DNA of 64,000 bases from Tubiluchus corallicola. Its lineage: Eukaryota; Animalia; Priapulida. The position numbers and the translations under genes were made by a program. The stretch is taken from the NCBI GenBank assembly GCA_030141605.1, contig JAQGDQ010000345.1:1-64000 (forward strand), given 5' to 3'. Of the stretch, positions 22,301 through 34,891 are shown in pieces. Each line of letters opens with the position of its first letter. Positions within the stretch are counted from its first letter, which is position 1. Under the pieces are notes generated by a model. The model saw only the letters and a program-made list of their open reading frames with translations. It ran no database searches and had not been told where the DNA came from.

Positions 22301-24176
22301 ACATTGTCGTCTTATAAAACAATAACTAGTGAACTCGTTATCAACATTAAGATTTTTCATTTTTGTACAAAGTACATTTTCTTATTAGCCTTGTTAAATG
22401 TTAATTTCTTGTCTATAAAGCATCAAAGATACTTGTAATTATCAACATCAGATAAAACAATTATGACTAGCACAGTAATTCAGCTAGGGGAAATTGAATA
22501 ATCATACAACTAATTTAATCATGGTAGGAAATAGCTGATAATATTTTTCTCTACTCAGATGAGGTATAGTTTTCAAAGAAACAATTTCTTGATAGAGGAT
22601 TCTGCAGAGATAAGACCCCAGGGGAAAAAACCTGGATTGTTTTACACCAAAAATGAGTACCAGAAGCAAAATGTCAACATTTAGTAACTGACAAAAAGGA
22701 AGTCCTTAGCCTAGCCCTGAGAGCATCTTTTGCCAGAAATAGCGAAAAAGAAGCTTAATGTAGCAACTGACCTTGCAAAATTTTATTCTCAAGCTGGACC
22801 ATTCAGCATACCAGAAGCAGGGCTTACTGAACAAGATGTTTATGGTGTGAGGCTCATTATTGATCAACTGATATCTGTTTTAAGATGAACAATTGAACTG
22901 GCAATCAGAGATGGGTGAATAGAAGATTTGTGGTCATGCGGTTGTGGAATCCGCCCTAATTTTGCAGATTTACGTATAATGAATTTTGTGCAGATATGTG
23001 GACTGTGGATTTTTAATGCCTAACAACATGCATTTTATGTGAAATTAAGCGTGCAAAAGCCACGTATGTAAGGTAAATTTTCAATTGTTTGCACAAGAAG
23101 TTTACAAAATTTCAGTACATTTTTTTGCTTTGTTAAGCACTCGTTAAGAATTCCTTTGTCATTAAACGGCTTGTTGCCACATTAAATGCCTTTCATGACT
23201 ACTTTAATTTAAGATGCCATTATCACCGCTTGCTTGTTTGCTGTTTCCTGATATTTTACCTGGAAATTCCAAGATGCAGAACATTGCTCATAATTACAAA
23301 TAATATAGTTTTTTTACTCAAGTCTATTATGGTTTGTAGCGTTGTATGATGGGTATGATATGGGGGGGGTGTATGTACATTGTGTGGTGTGAGTTGTCAT
23401 TTCATAAACAAAATTCCTTTTGCAAGGTCTGGCTAGTAATTTATTTTTGATTGGTGATTATAACTTCTAGTTTCATACAATAAAAAACAGTTTTAACAAT
23501 AGGGCATACATAGCAAGTCTAGTTTTTGCCTACATTTTTGTGGACCTTGCGGATACATGTATGGATACATCAGATGTATATACATGTATGCTCCTTCTAC
23601 ACTCGAGGTAAGCAGCCAAGTCTATGCATAATAGTTAGTTAGTACTGTCGTGAGCCCAGGTGGGCACATGACATTTACATAAAAAAGTGGAGACTAATTC
23701 ACTCAGCCTTCAGCCCGCTGTGAGACTGAAAGTATAATTACCCTGTATACAAAAAAATTCTGTAGTCAATAGATGTCGAAAGCAAGATAAACTACACATC
23801 AATGCTGATCAATTTAATGTGACTGTGATTGTGAAGTAAATTTCAGCTGTGTTGAGACGCCATCAGAATGACAGGCATCAAGTAGGTTTTACAGTTAAGA
23901 AAGAAAATATCAACTTGTGGGCACTGATACTGAAAACTTAAATCTTAAAATTAGATGACAGCTTACTCCACGGCATGACTCCACGTCCACCACTTCGTGA
24001 AACTGAAACGCCATAGCCCAGCAAAAGCAGAATACCATAGCGAAAAATGGAAGAGCTACAGTTTTCAGAGCCAAGTCCTTAAAATCTACACTAAACGTAA
24101 CAATAGGCTTCACGTCTTTGGCATCAATACTACTTGAAATGTGATTTAGCTCTGCGTTCGGCGAGTTGCCTGCCAT
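16381..24176 (-). CDS. PGAP2-like: PGAP2-like (Frag1/DRAM/Sfk1 family) multi-pass membrane protein, ~281 aa, 6 exons
   Basis: Exons 24176-23967, 21625-21462, 20674-20574, 18767-18658, 17021-16913 and 16532-16381 join in frame (846 nt). Family motifs: LPFFAMVFC, C.G|VQNFIPSISAI, WRISIALHAGPR, YISN.DHY..HEKLFITF, HRMYC, FAICEY...NMCFH. Confidence 0.9.
17294..17317. repeat. (GACT)n microsatellite
   Basis: Seen directly. Confidence 0.85.
18140..18545 (-). mobile_element. Degraded LINE 3' fragment (probable)
   Basis: The minus strand gives broken RT thumb-like reading frames in an intron with no usable splice pattern; the family is uncertain. Confidence 0.35.
19073..20386. mobile_element. Internally deleted PIF/Harbinger DNA transposon (transposase remnant on +, MADF-domain gene remnant on -)
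   Basis: ~30-bp TIRs GGCCGAGTTTCCACTGCGTCCGCACAGACA / GGCCGCGTTTCCACAGCGTTCACACAGACA, flanked by CTA/TTA. The + strand has a broken transposase N-terminus (FWV..., DEEKCLSYFKMQPATF*ILLD, CIPPEQRLVVTLR). The - strand ORF contains MENEQIAHAVEIRPGLYDKSNAKYSQRDFTRQRWVEAA (MADF). Confidence 0.85.
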
Positions 24177-24411
24177 AATTTTAGAAGTTAAAAACAAAAA
24201 TCGTCTAACACAAATTACGCCCAAGCTCCATACTGTATCTCTTGTAAACTTTGTACCAAACAATTCTATTGGCTGAATTTTGCAGACTAGCGAATAAACC
24301 GAATGTTTACATTTTGCGTTTTGTTAGTATTGAACATAAACAGTAAGCACGTGTTTTTGGTGAGCCGTGTATACTGTACAGTAATTTCTAATTCTGGAGA
24401 ACCTGAATAAA
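24177..24411. promoter_or_regulatory. Putative bidirectional promoter shared by PGAP2-like and WDR55
   Basis: The two start codons are only 235 bp apart, head-to-head; the interval contains ATTGG (CCAAT box) near 24268 and a CACGTG E-box near 24348. Confidence 0.65.
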
Positions 24412-25943
24412 ATGGAAGCAAGTAATGGTAAAGGTGATTGCAATGATGACTCAAGTGAAGCGTCTGTTAATAAAGTACCACCCACCATTGATTTTAACTC
24501 CATAGTAGTTGATATTTACTTCCATCCGCAAAAAGATTTTATTGTTGCTGGGCAGATTGATGGAGATGTCACTATGTAAGTTTTTTGCTAACCAGTCCAG
24601 GAACCATACACTGTTCCTGATCTATATCAACGACCTACCTCTTGCTACTAATTTTAACACTCGTCTTTTCGTTGATGATACAAGTCTCTTCCTCACATCT
24701 ACTAACCTTTCAACTTTACAACATCGCACTAACAACGAACTAAAAAAATTGATGACTGGATGAAAGCGAATAAATTATCTGTTAATTACACTAAAACTAA
24801 GTATATGTTAATCAGTAGGAACTTTTCACAACAAGACTCTTCCACTTTCGAACTCAAAATTGGCGACATAACTTTAACACAAAATAGTAGTATAAAATAC
24901 CTTGGGATGCATATTGACAACAATATGAAGTGGTCTACCCATATTTCCTCTGCAGCAACAAAATTAAACAAAACAGCTGGTATTTTTGCAAAGTTAAGAC
25001 ATTTTATTAATTTGCCTGTTTTGAAAATGATCTACCATACATTAGTCTGTCCGTACCTCCAATACTGCGTGTTGTCATGGTGGCAAACTAAAAAATACTT
25101 ATTACAACCACTATTATCAGTTCAAAATAAAATAGTTAAATACATGACTTTTGCCAATTACAGAGCCATGCAACACCATCGTACTTACACCTTAGTTTAT
25201 TGAAAATAGAAGATATTTATAGTCTTGAATTATTTAAATTCATGTATAAGTACAATAACCGGCAGTTGCCTGAATTATATACTAACCACTTTACCTTAAT
25301 CAAAGATGTTCACTCTCACTATACTAGGTCTTCCAGTATGGGACACTATTTTCAAACACGATTTAACACAGCGTATGGCTTAAATACCTTACAGCACAAT
25401 GGAGTTATTTTGTGGAATAGTGTGCCTAAGACAATCATTTCCTCTCCTTCTTTAAAAATAGCTACCAAACAATATAAGATATTTTTAATTAGTAAATATT
25501 CAATCGTGTAGAAAACCAGAGGTTTTTTCTCTTTTTTGAGCACGTGTGTCTTTTTGCACTATTGTTTTTCTTTTACTAATAGGTATCTTTACGACTTTTG
25601 TTACTTTATTAATAAAAGGTATAAATCAGTTAAAATGAAATTATTCATTCATCGCAGCCTATATCTGTATCTGTTTCCACTTGGAAAATGCTCTTAGCTT
25701 ATAGCCAGCAAATGCCAGTGATACAAAAAAATTTTGAATGTATTATTGTAGCATTAATTTTGCTAATGAATCACTTATATTCTTATAATTTGCCCCCCTC
25801 CCTCCCCATAGCCCATCTTTAATGGTTATGAAGGCTACATTACTACCATCAATTATATTTAAATGTTCTATACAATTATAGTCATTACTACAGGTATAAT
25901 GTATAATTTAATCTCTTCTCCCCCACTTAAATTTGGGTATGTA

Positions 25944-25984
<41 letters not shown>

Positions 25985-28900
25985 TTGTATATACAAGTAA
26001 GCAATATGGTGCATTGTAATACAAGTAAGTGGTACATTGACAGATAATCACATAATTCATACTCGTAACTATTTAAAAAAAATTTCACTCATTAAGGCTC
26101 ACTCAAAGTCGTAATTACATATTATGTTTTCCTTTCTTAACTTTCAGATTTATTGCTCTGATACCATTGCTATTATTACATCATTTACTTCATCCTTAAT
26201 TACATTAAGTTATCTACAGAAGCACGCATAACTATAATCATTTTTTCATTTAAGTAAGGTGAGTGTGTTAATGACCTAATGGTCGTACAATTTTATTTAA
26301 AGTTGGATACCAAAATCTAAACAAAACAATACAGTTATTCAGTAATTAGGATTATTATATGTAGTAGTTTCAAATGGGGTCTTATTAACATGGGAATTTA
26401 ACCAAGGTTAGTGAGTAAAGTTAAAAACTGAGAGTATGGAAAGAAAAAAGTATCAAAAAAGTGTAATATAGAAAAATTTATGGGAAAAAGTAAGTATGAG
26501 AGAGAGCAACAATTACTTAAGAGATGAGGAGAAAAAAAGAAAAGAAAAAACTTGCTAGCTTGCTTATTAGTCTTACAAGTTATGTGCTACAGGTATATCC
26601 ATTTAGTAAGATTTTTGTGTATTTTTTGGAAGCAGAAAATAAGCTACCTTCAAAGGTATCTTTTGGCAACGAATTCAATAATTTAACTCCTCATGATTTT
26701 AAGCTATTGAAACCATGTCGGGTAAAAAACCGCTCCACAAAATACTGTTCATTAGAAGCAGTATTAATTGGCCTACATGGGCTAGCCCAAGTAGGATGCA
26801 TCGTACATGGCCAGCCCAAGTAGGACACTAGAGACAGATCGCGAATTGAGTTGTTAAGCGTACCGACACCGTCCGTTGCCTTGTTTATAAATGTAATAAT
26901 AATAATAATAATTAAAAACGTCAATACACGTTAAATAATTTATTATACATCTGATGAAATAAAAGAATTTTATTCTGAGCTGGTTGAACGGACAATATTA
27001 AATTTGGCTTCGATATTAATATTGTTGAAGTGAAATAAACCCACTTTTTAGGCGATTTCAACATTTGTTTAAGGTATATCATTTTTTATTTTGTCTCGCT
27101 TCACAGACAGGTGATCCGTTTCACTACTTGTTGGACAAATAAGTGTTTTCTAATAAGTATATGTTCTAACGACCTATGTGCCTTGGGTTAGCGAGCCATG
27201 TACGATAGTTCGCTACATGTTACAATATTATTGATATTATTAAAACTAATTGTCTTTGCTTTTTCTAAAAAGTTAAAAATTACCTTTTTGTGTTGTGAAG
27301 GCTTAGCAGCATCTGTCTCATTTTTAAACTTGCTATTATTTCTGTAATAACTGTGCGCATAGTACTGTTTCTCTCTTTAAAGCATTAGATACTTTAGTTT
27401 AATATGATGATTTTAATGGAGCTAATAATACTATTAATGATACTATTGATGATACTAAAACACATTAATTTTGTAGATAGTTATCCATCATTATTATAAA
27501 GTTAATTTTTCTGTACAACAAATTCAGTTGTATGCTTTATTATGTCATTATAATTCTCGATTCTCGACAAAAATCGCCAGTGCCCTACATGGGCTGCCCA
27601 TGTACGACACTACTTTTCTGCAAATTTAGCACATGCACTTTACCGGAAGTGTCCTACTTTGGCTGGTGGGTTACTCGGCGCCCTACAACTGTATTATCAT
27701 TGCGATTTCGATTGCGATACTCGACTCTCTCCGTCTGTCAGAGGCGGGTACCTTTATAGGGCACAAAGTCTATTTTTCTGTAACGCTGATCTTTTAGTTG
27801 TCTTTTCCCACTTTAATGTCTTTATTTGTCTTTATCCTGTATTCCATGCAGTCATTCACTAGATTTCTGATTTTTAGCAATACTTCTTTTTCACTGTTCG
27901 TAAATATATTTGGGTTCAAAATTTTTTTCCATTCTCCATTTAAGCACATGTTCAGTTGTATCATCATCTTCCCCACACACTGGGCATAATAACTGATCCT
28001 TAAACTCATTCTTGTAGTTTCCTTTAACTTTAATCATATTCAGTCTTATTTTCAATATATCTTTAACCTCTTCTGGCTTGTGGCTATGTAATTTTGTCGT
28101 TTCCACTTAGTATGTTTTAAAAATCTTAATTTAGTGCTGCTCCTGCATTTTTCTGCACATTCATTCTTTATAAAGCATTCATTCTTATTCTTTATTTCTT
28201 TTTTCCATTCAGACTTTTTCAAGACCTTCACCCTTTCTTTATTAGCATCTATGGTATGTTTTTCTGCAGCCTCAACTACTTCATTATACCATGACTTTTC
28301 ATGTGCACTGTTTATTTGCATTTCGAGTGCCTCTGATGCTAATCTCTTTGGTTTACTAATCTGTAATTTCCGATAGAACATTACTAATCCCCAGTATGGT
28401 GTTGATTTGCTAAAATTAAATAAGGTTTTAAAGCATTTGCTTGAATTTTTCTAATTTCTCCCAATCAGTGGTTATCAAATTTGACCATGTTTCAGAACTA
28501 TTTAGCACTGCACTCACTGAAAGAAGCTCGTATAGCATTAGTTTAACCCCTATTGAGCAATCTCCCAGTTTCAGCTCACTTCCTATTGTATTGATGTAAC
28601 TAATTATCATTTTATTTTTCCCGGTTCGTTTTCCCAACATTGTTTCATAACTACATTTTGTATTAAACCAATCTCCCAAATATTGGTATTCCTTTGCTTC
28701 CTTAACCTCTCCGTTCCTTAGTGACTCACATAATACTGGACTCCTATTCTTTCGTGTCATGTTTGTTCTCATATATTGTGTTTTTTGTATATTGAATGAT
28801 AATCTTTTGGTTCTTTCAATTTCTTGACAGTTTTTAATCGTCTGTTTGATTATGGTTTCTTGTCCTATTCCCACAATATCATCAATAAATAATAACATAC

Positions 28901-31900
28901 CCACATGTATATTCCTGCCCATTACAGTCCCTGTTATCACATCTCATTAATCCGGTTTATTGCATCACAACATAATAATGGTCCCAGCACTGTTCCCTGT
29001 CGTACAATTTCATTTTAATCGTCTTAATTTTTTCTGGGTCCTATTGGATCTCACCTTGGTTATCTCTCATTGTTATAGCTTCTATTTTAGGCTTATCGAC
29101 GCACTTTGTGAATTCCCAAAACAACTGCTGGTTAATTTTTCCATTTACTGTAATTGTCTTAATAGTTTTATTTATTCTGTTTATTTGCTCCTTCCTTTGC
29201 ACATTCCTCATCATGTTTTCTATTAGTTCAATTTTTATTTTAATTATTCTTTTTCTTTCAGAGTCTTCTTCATCGATCATTTCATGTTTTAACTTACGTC
29301 TTTCTTTATTTCACTTCCTTGATAGTTTACTTCTATATTTTTGTTTCTTTTTTCCTTTTACTGGAAGGCACCTGTCTCTTACTGCCACACTGAATTGATC
29401 TGTTACTGCTCCAAACTTTGCTAAATATTTGATTCATTTTCATTTTTGTATCCGTTCATTTTATTTTTATTAGCACTACTAACTTTTTTGTCTCATCAGT
29501 TTTATCTCTTTTCATTTTGCTAATCTCAACCCAATCAAATTCACTATATAATGTATTGTGGTCTGTGTATATAATTTTTTTCTCACCACTACCAGTCGCT
29601 CTGTGCATTCCATACAGTTTTTGTTTGTCAACAAGTGTAAACTTATGCGCATTTACATCATTTTCACTTATTATAATATAATCAATGCTTATGCAATATG
29701 CAATTCTTTTATTGCACTGATTTCGCTCATTAAAAAATTATTGCGTCTTATAATGACATCTGCTGGCAGGACATAATTAACGAAGTGAATTACCAAAAAG
29801 CTTTAATAGTTTAATTTGGTATGAATTTAGAGTTTTATATCAGAGTACAGTAAAGTATAAATTGCTTGCGAACCCAATTTTGAACCATAATTTTAGTATG
29901 ATATAGTCATAATAATGCCCATGACTTTGCTTACAGTTTACAGCAATGAGTGGCATTTGAGATGAAATAAGTGGCCACTGAATTGCATGTGTTCAGCTTT
30001 TTATGTAATTATGCTCATTTCACTTCAGTTTTGATGTTTATTTTAGGCTTTGTAATAAGTAAGTTTGCTATTCATTAAATTTTGCAATAGTATTCACATA
30101 CATTTTGAATACAATTGGATGAATCAGCAGTCAAACTTAGAAGGGGGGAGGCATTGAAACTTGTGAATTAATCAGAATTTAAATCCATAACTATGTGGTT
30201 TCAGGTGCTTTAATAAGTTTTTCAAGTATTAATCCACATGGCCAAAGCTTGGTGTAAATTCTCATACTAGTCAGCACACAGTCAGTTAGTCACCTATCCA
30301 TAGAAAAGAGAAATTAATTATTTAATAAGTTGCTACCGGCCCTTAGCGGGAAAAGCAAAGTCCATATGGCACCTGGCCAAAGTACGCATATCACCAACAG
30401 TCAAATTTAGGAGAGAAATTCTGAAAAGCTGTTAGTCAGCTACGATTTGAACCCAGAATTTTTTTGCTTCATTTTATTTCGTGTCACATGCTCTTGCCAT
30501 GTGAGCTATCAATTTAAAGTAGTTGTTAATCTAATCTGTGGCCAATGCAGGTTTAAATTTTCATACTTGTCAGCACGTAATCAGTCAGAGCCATCTATTA
30601 ATACTGAAGAGAAACTAATTAACTAATTCCATTAATGGGAGAAGCAACTGAATATAAAATCACTAAGCATTAATTTTATTGGTGGTCTAAGTTCGTATGT
30701 TTGTCACTGGTGCATCTGGATGTAATTGACAAGAGTTAGTCAGACAAAAAGTGAATATTAACAGAATCTGTTTACCTTGAATTACGTAACAAAAGCTTTT
30801 GGGTTTGCTCTGTCAGCTGCACAGCCCAGAATAGAGTGGTGAGACACAAGGATTGTGGTGACTTATGGCAGGTTTAGTAAGCAAGAGAAGAAATGTGGAG
30901 AATTTCCCTTGATGTAAGCATTTGTGCACCTATATTTGGAACACAGCATCCTTGAGTGTGGAAATATTTATAAAGAAAAAACAACAAAGTAAAACAAAAT
31001 GTTTAGTATTTCGCATAACTCACAAGAACTTATGATTTGACCATGATTGGACATTGCAATTATTTTCTCCTTGCAGATTTTTAGTTTTGTTAATTCACCA
31101 AACCTTTAATAGCCAAAATTGGTTTTAGTAAGCCATCGTCTGCACATTTGACAACTACACGGACTTTGCCAGTTTGATCTCCTTATCACTGATTGGAAAT
31201 TGCTCATTGACAGTGTTGAAGACATTTTGTAATACACGTTTGAGCGGAAAACAGCTATGTCTGGATTAAGTTACCATGAGAAAGTTAAATGACAATAAGG
31301 TTAATGATCTTTTTGTAGTAGATGCCAGTCATCTAGTTCATTAGTATATTCAGTCAATTATCTAAACAGTAAATTATATCCATTTCCTGCATTTTTCAGA
31401 CATTCTCTTTCTATTGGTGAGACAGGGAACAATGAAGTTATGTCATTTAATCATCATAAGAAGGCATGCAGATCAGTACGTTTCTCTACTGACGGTTCTC
31501 TGTTGTTTACTACTGGCAAAGATAAGAGCTTATACGCCATTGATATGGACATGGGCTCTGTTGTACACACATCAAAGCCTGCACACGAGTAAGCATTTGA
31601 TTATTTATATCTGTAAATAGAATTAACAATGGTTTGTTGTTTATTAGTCACTTATTATTGCAATTTTGTAATTGGTTTGTTGTTTATGACTCACTTGTCC
31701 AAAACAAAAAAATGTGGAAAAGTTTTTGCAGAACCAGGATTTGAACTAAGGACCTTTTGCTTACAAGTTATTTCACTGTGACCACTAGACTACTCTGCCT
31801 AATGGTCTACAATTATCATTGATGATAAATCCCTCTTTTAAAATTTGTTTATTTTTTCTAGTGCTCCCGTGTATTCCATGCTGGTGATAGATAATTACCT

Positions 31901-34891
31901 ATTAGCTACTGGCGATGATGATGGGACAATTAAGGTAAATTATAATTCTCTTATAAATCAGACAACTTTGCATCAGGTTGTCCTGAATATTGACTGCGCA
32001 CATGACACCTAGAAAGTGTTTTTCAATGGTTATAAATCTTTTTTTCTTATTTTAAGAGAGTTCACATTGCTGTTGTTGCACCTCCTGATCATCGAGGCCA
32101 ATATTGAGTTCCTGGTTTTGAAGACTTGTGGTGTTCCTGTTATTTTTCTGAGACTTTGACTTATCATAGTTTGCACATTTTTTTTTATTTCTGTCTATTT
32201 GTATTTCTATTTTTCTACTGTTCATATTTTATTTTTCTATGGTGAATTTTAGATTTGGGATTTTCGAAGATGGGCTCCCATTGCTGAATGGAAGCACTCT
32301 GAGGAGTTTATCAGTGATATGGTCATTGACGCTGACAAGAAAGTTCTGCTTGCTACAAGGTAAGCCCTGTTGCAATGGCAGGCGCATGCTGTAGCTAATC
32401 ATTTCTTCAAGTACCTTGATGGCAGTACCAGTTTTTTATATGTAGATTTTGATCAGAATAACTGACTTATTGGATATAATATAATGCAGCAACTTAGGGT
32501 CAGTTTCTTGGTATTTGATGTTGCATCAGGGTGCTTGTACTTGCCTAGTTACAGGGCAAGCTTTGTGACAGTTGGAAAAGATAGATTATATTCAGTGGAG
32601 TTTCCTAAATTTACCAAAGAACCGAAAACCTTATCTGATGACACTCTTTAATGTTTGGAAGAGATAACTAATAATCACCAAAACTATGTTCTTTTAGAAT
32701 ATATTTTAAACTTTAAAAATTTAAAAAGAATAGTTCCTAGTTATACAAATTGTATCGCATATCAGACATATCTAATATTAAATCGACAAATTAATGTCGG
32801 TGCTGTTTTCTGATCCCATTAATGCAAATGTGGTGATATTTGTATATTAGATAACATAAGTTAAGATCCTTGATAACGTGCTGTATTTATGTACATTTCA
32901 ATATTTTTTGTAGTGGGGAAGGTACTCTAACAGCGTATAATGTAAGAAGCAAAAAACTTGTGATGCAATCCGAATTAATTGACTCAGAACTTCTGTCTGT
33001 TGCAATAATTGATGTAAGTATACTATATATGTTAGTAATTAAATAAACTATGCATATTAAACAAATGAAGAAGACATAAATTTATTTATGACATTAAACA
33101 ATCTATGGTGCTTTGCTTTGGCAATTTCAAATATCCATATAGATAAATAACTTGGTAGCTGGAGACAAATTGGTAATTCTGAACACAAAATACTTTGAAA
33201 ATGTGGTTAATGATTCTTTCCATTCATGAAGGATTGCATTGTCATTAAGATTCTGAGCAGAAATTCATGTAATTGTTACACTATTAATGCAGTGAAGTGT
33301 AATGTGAAGTAAGTGTTGCAATTTGCCAAGAAATATCTGGTAAATTATTTGTAGTTTTAATTAAGTTTTGTAATGTTAAATTACATTAGTATTGTTAAGT
33401 AAAATTTTGTTACTGCTAACAGTATTTTTAACAACAAAAAATTGCTTCCCTAGGGAGGAAGAAAAGTTGTTTGTGGGTCAGGAGAAGGTGTTCTCAACGT
33501 TTTCAACTGGGGAGAATGGGGAAACATTTGCGATCGCTTTCCCGGCCATCCAGAATCTATAGATGCCATATGTCCCATTGCAGATAATGTGATTTGCACT
33601 GGTTCTATGGATGGGAAAATCAGGTAAACTTTATCAAGCAAAGCAAGGATCGTTTTCACTTAAGACATGGCATATGCGGCCAACTGTCAAACTTTTTATG
33701 AGTTTTACTTGTACTTTATTGACAATGAAAAGTACGGCTTGTTGTTGGTTTAATATATAATGGAAGGTATATTCATAATACACTCATATCTCGGTGCTTT
33801 GTTAGACAAAAGCGGAGAGACCTTGGTCCGAATTTGCCGATTGTCTGTAGTTACCAATCCTAAGCTTTTATGTACAGTAGGAGCCGTGTATTAGATTCAC
33901 GCTAATATAGAATCAATCGCCTAATTGTCTCAAAAACGTGTAGTACAGGCCGTACTATGATTTGTACTATGCGAAACTTTTTAATAGTCCAGATTTTGTC
34001 TGATTCTTCGGGTATCCATAAAAGCGAGGTCCTCCAAATCGAGATATGAGTGTAACTGATGTATACAGCATTGATTCAGATTGGTTGGTTATTTAGAACT
34101 ATAGGGCTTTGTGTCCTGCTTTGCATATAGTTCCGTTAATTGGCTTATCGAACAAGAAAATATTAACACCAGCTTCTAGTGAGAGGCGTTTTTGTTCCCT
34201 TGACCTTTGCTGTAACATCAACCAGTGCCATAATTTCTAAAGGCTCCTACCCTAGTTGTTAAAAAGTTTGTTGTGGTAAAAGTTCATCCTTTATCCTCAT
34301 GCTTATCCATTGTAATATTCAAATGCTCTTCCAAAGATCAGTTTTTTGTTGGGCATACATCGACTGACAAGTTTACCAGCTTTGTTATTAGGTAGCCTGA
34401 TAGTGATTTAATTATTTCCCAAACTTGATAGCAAAGTTTAGTGTTTCATGGTGAAGTTTAGTAGGTGATCTTATGCTGTAGAGTCTACACAATGGGCAGT
34501 AGCCATAGCTGTGCACTAACTAAAAAAGAGCAAAATGAGGAGACATTGTTCCTAAAATTGCCCCAGTTCATCCTTTTTTAATCAATTTCACCTCCAAGGC
34601 CAAACGAATAATCATATGTTCATATTGTTTTGTAACAGAGCTGTACACGTAGTGCCAAATCGTTTTCTTGGGATCGTAGGCGAGCATGATGAATTTCCGG
34701 TGGAACAAATCAGACTTTCTCGTGAAAAAACGTACATTGCGACTTGTTCACATGACCAGAAGATAAAGTTCTGGAATGTTGAGAATGCGAAAGCTGAAGT
34801 GGTTGATCCGCAAAGCAAACCACGAGGCAAGAAGAGCAAGCAGCGTGAACGTAGCAATTTCTTTGATGGACTGAGCGAAGCAGCTTCATAG
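24412..34891 (+). CDS. WDR55: WD repeat-containing protein 55, 7 coding exons
   Basis: Exons 24412-24575, 31400-31588, 31862-31934, 32253-32359, 32914-33013, 33454-33623 and 34639-34891 are phase-compatible. Motifs: FHP...AGQIDGDV, HHKKACR, LATGDDDGTIKIWD, LLATSGEGTL, VVCGSGEG..FNWGEWG..DRFPGHP, GSMDGKIRAV..PNRFLG.VGEH, CSHDQKIKFW, NFFDGL. Confidence 0.93.
24599..25511 (+). mobile_element. 5'-truncated, frameshifted CR1/L2-group LINE RT fragment in WDR55 intron 1
   Basis: LFLIYINDLP...LFVDDT, W-MKANKLSVNYTKTKYM, KYLGMHID, PYLQYC..W, H.H.TR and G..LWNSVP are spread over three frames. Confidence 0.88.
25950..25982. repeat. (TA)n microsatellite
   Basis: Seen directly. Confidence 0.9.
26770..27670. 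mobile_element. Possible non-autonomous DNA element with repeated inverted motifs
   Basis: CCAGCCCAAGTAGGACACT (~26811) is inverted relative to AGTGTCCTACTTTGGCTGG (~27648). CCTACATGGGCT..CCCA motifs recur at ~26772 and ~27584. Confidence 0.45.
27850..29560 (-). mobile_element. Degraded non-LTR retrotransposon (RT, thumb and C-terminal CCHC finger), internally deleted
   Basis: Fragmented ORFs contain LLFIDDIV, FNIQKTQYM, YQYLGD, LNSSETW, TKLRFL and RLNMIKVKGNYKN...CPVCGEDDDTTEHV. Confidence 0.85.
30334..30510 (-). mobile_element. tRNA-derived SINE-like element
   Basis: The minus strand has an A-box-like TAGCTCACATGG and a B-box GGTTCAAATCG followed by a non-tRNA body. Confidence 0.5.
31727..31799 (-). 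pseudogene. tRNA-like sequence (tRNA pseudogene or SINE head; TGT/Thr-like anticodon loop) in WDR55 intron 2
   Basis: GGCAGAGTAGTCTAGTGGTCACAGTGAAATAACTTGTAAGCAAAAGGTCCTTAGTTCAAATCCTGGTTCTGCA contains an A box, a B box and GCAGAG/TTCTGC acceptor pairing, but the anticodon stem does not pair. Confidence 0.55.
33781..34052. mobile_element. MITE with perfect 13-bp TIRs and TA TSD (Tc1/mariner-type)
   Basis: TA|CACTCATATCTCG ... CGAGATATGAGTG|TA, 272 bp, in the last WDR55 intron. Confidence 0.75.
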
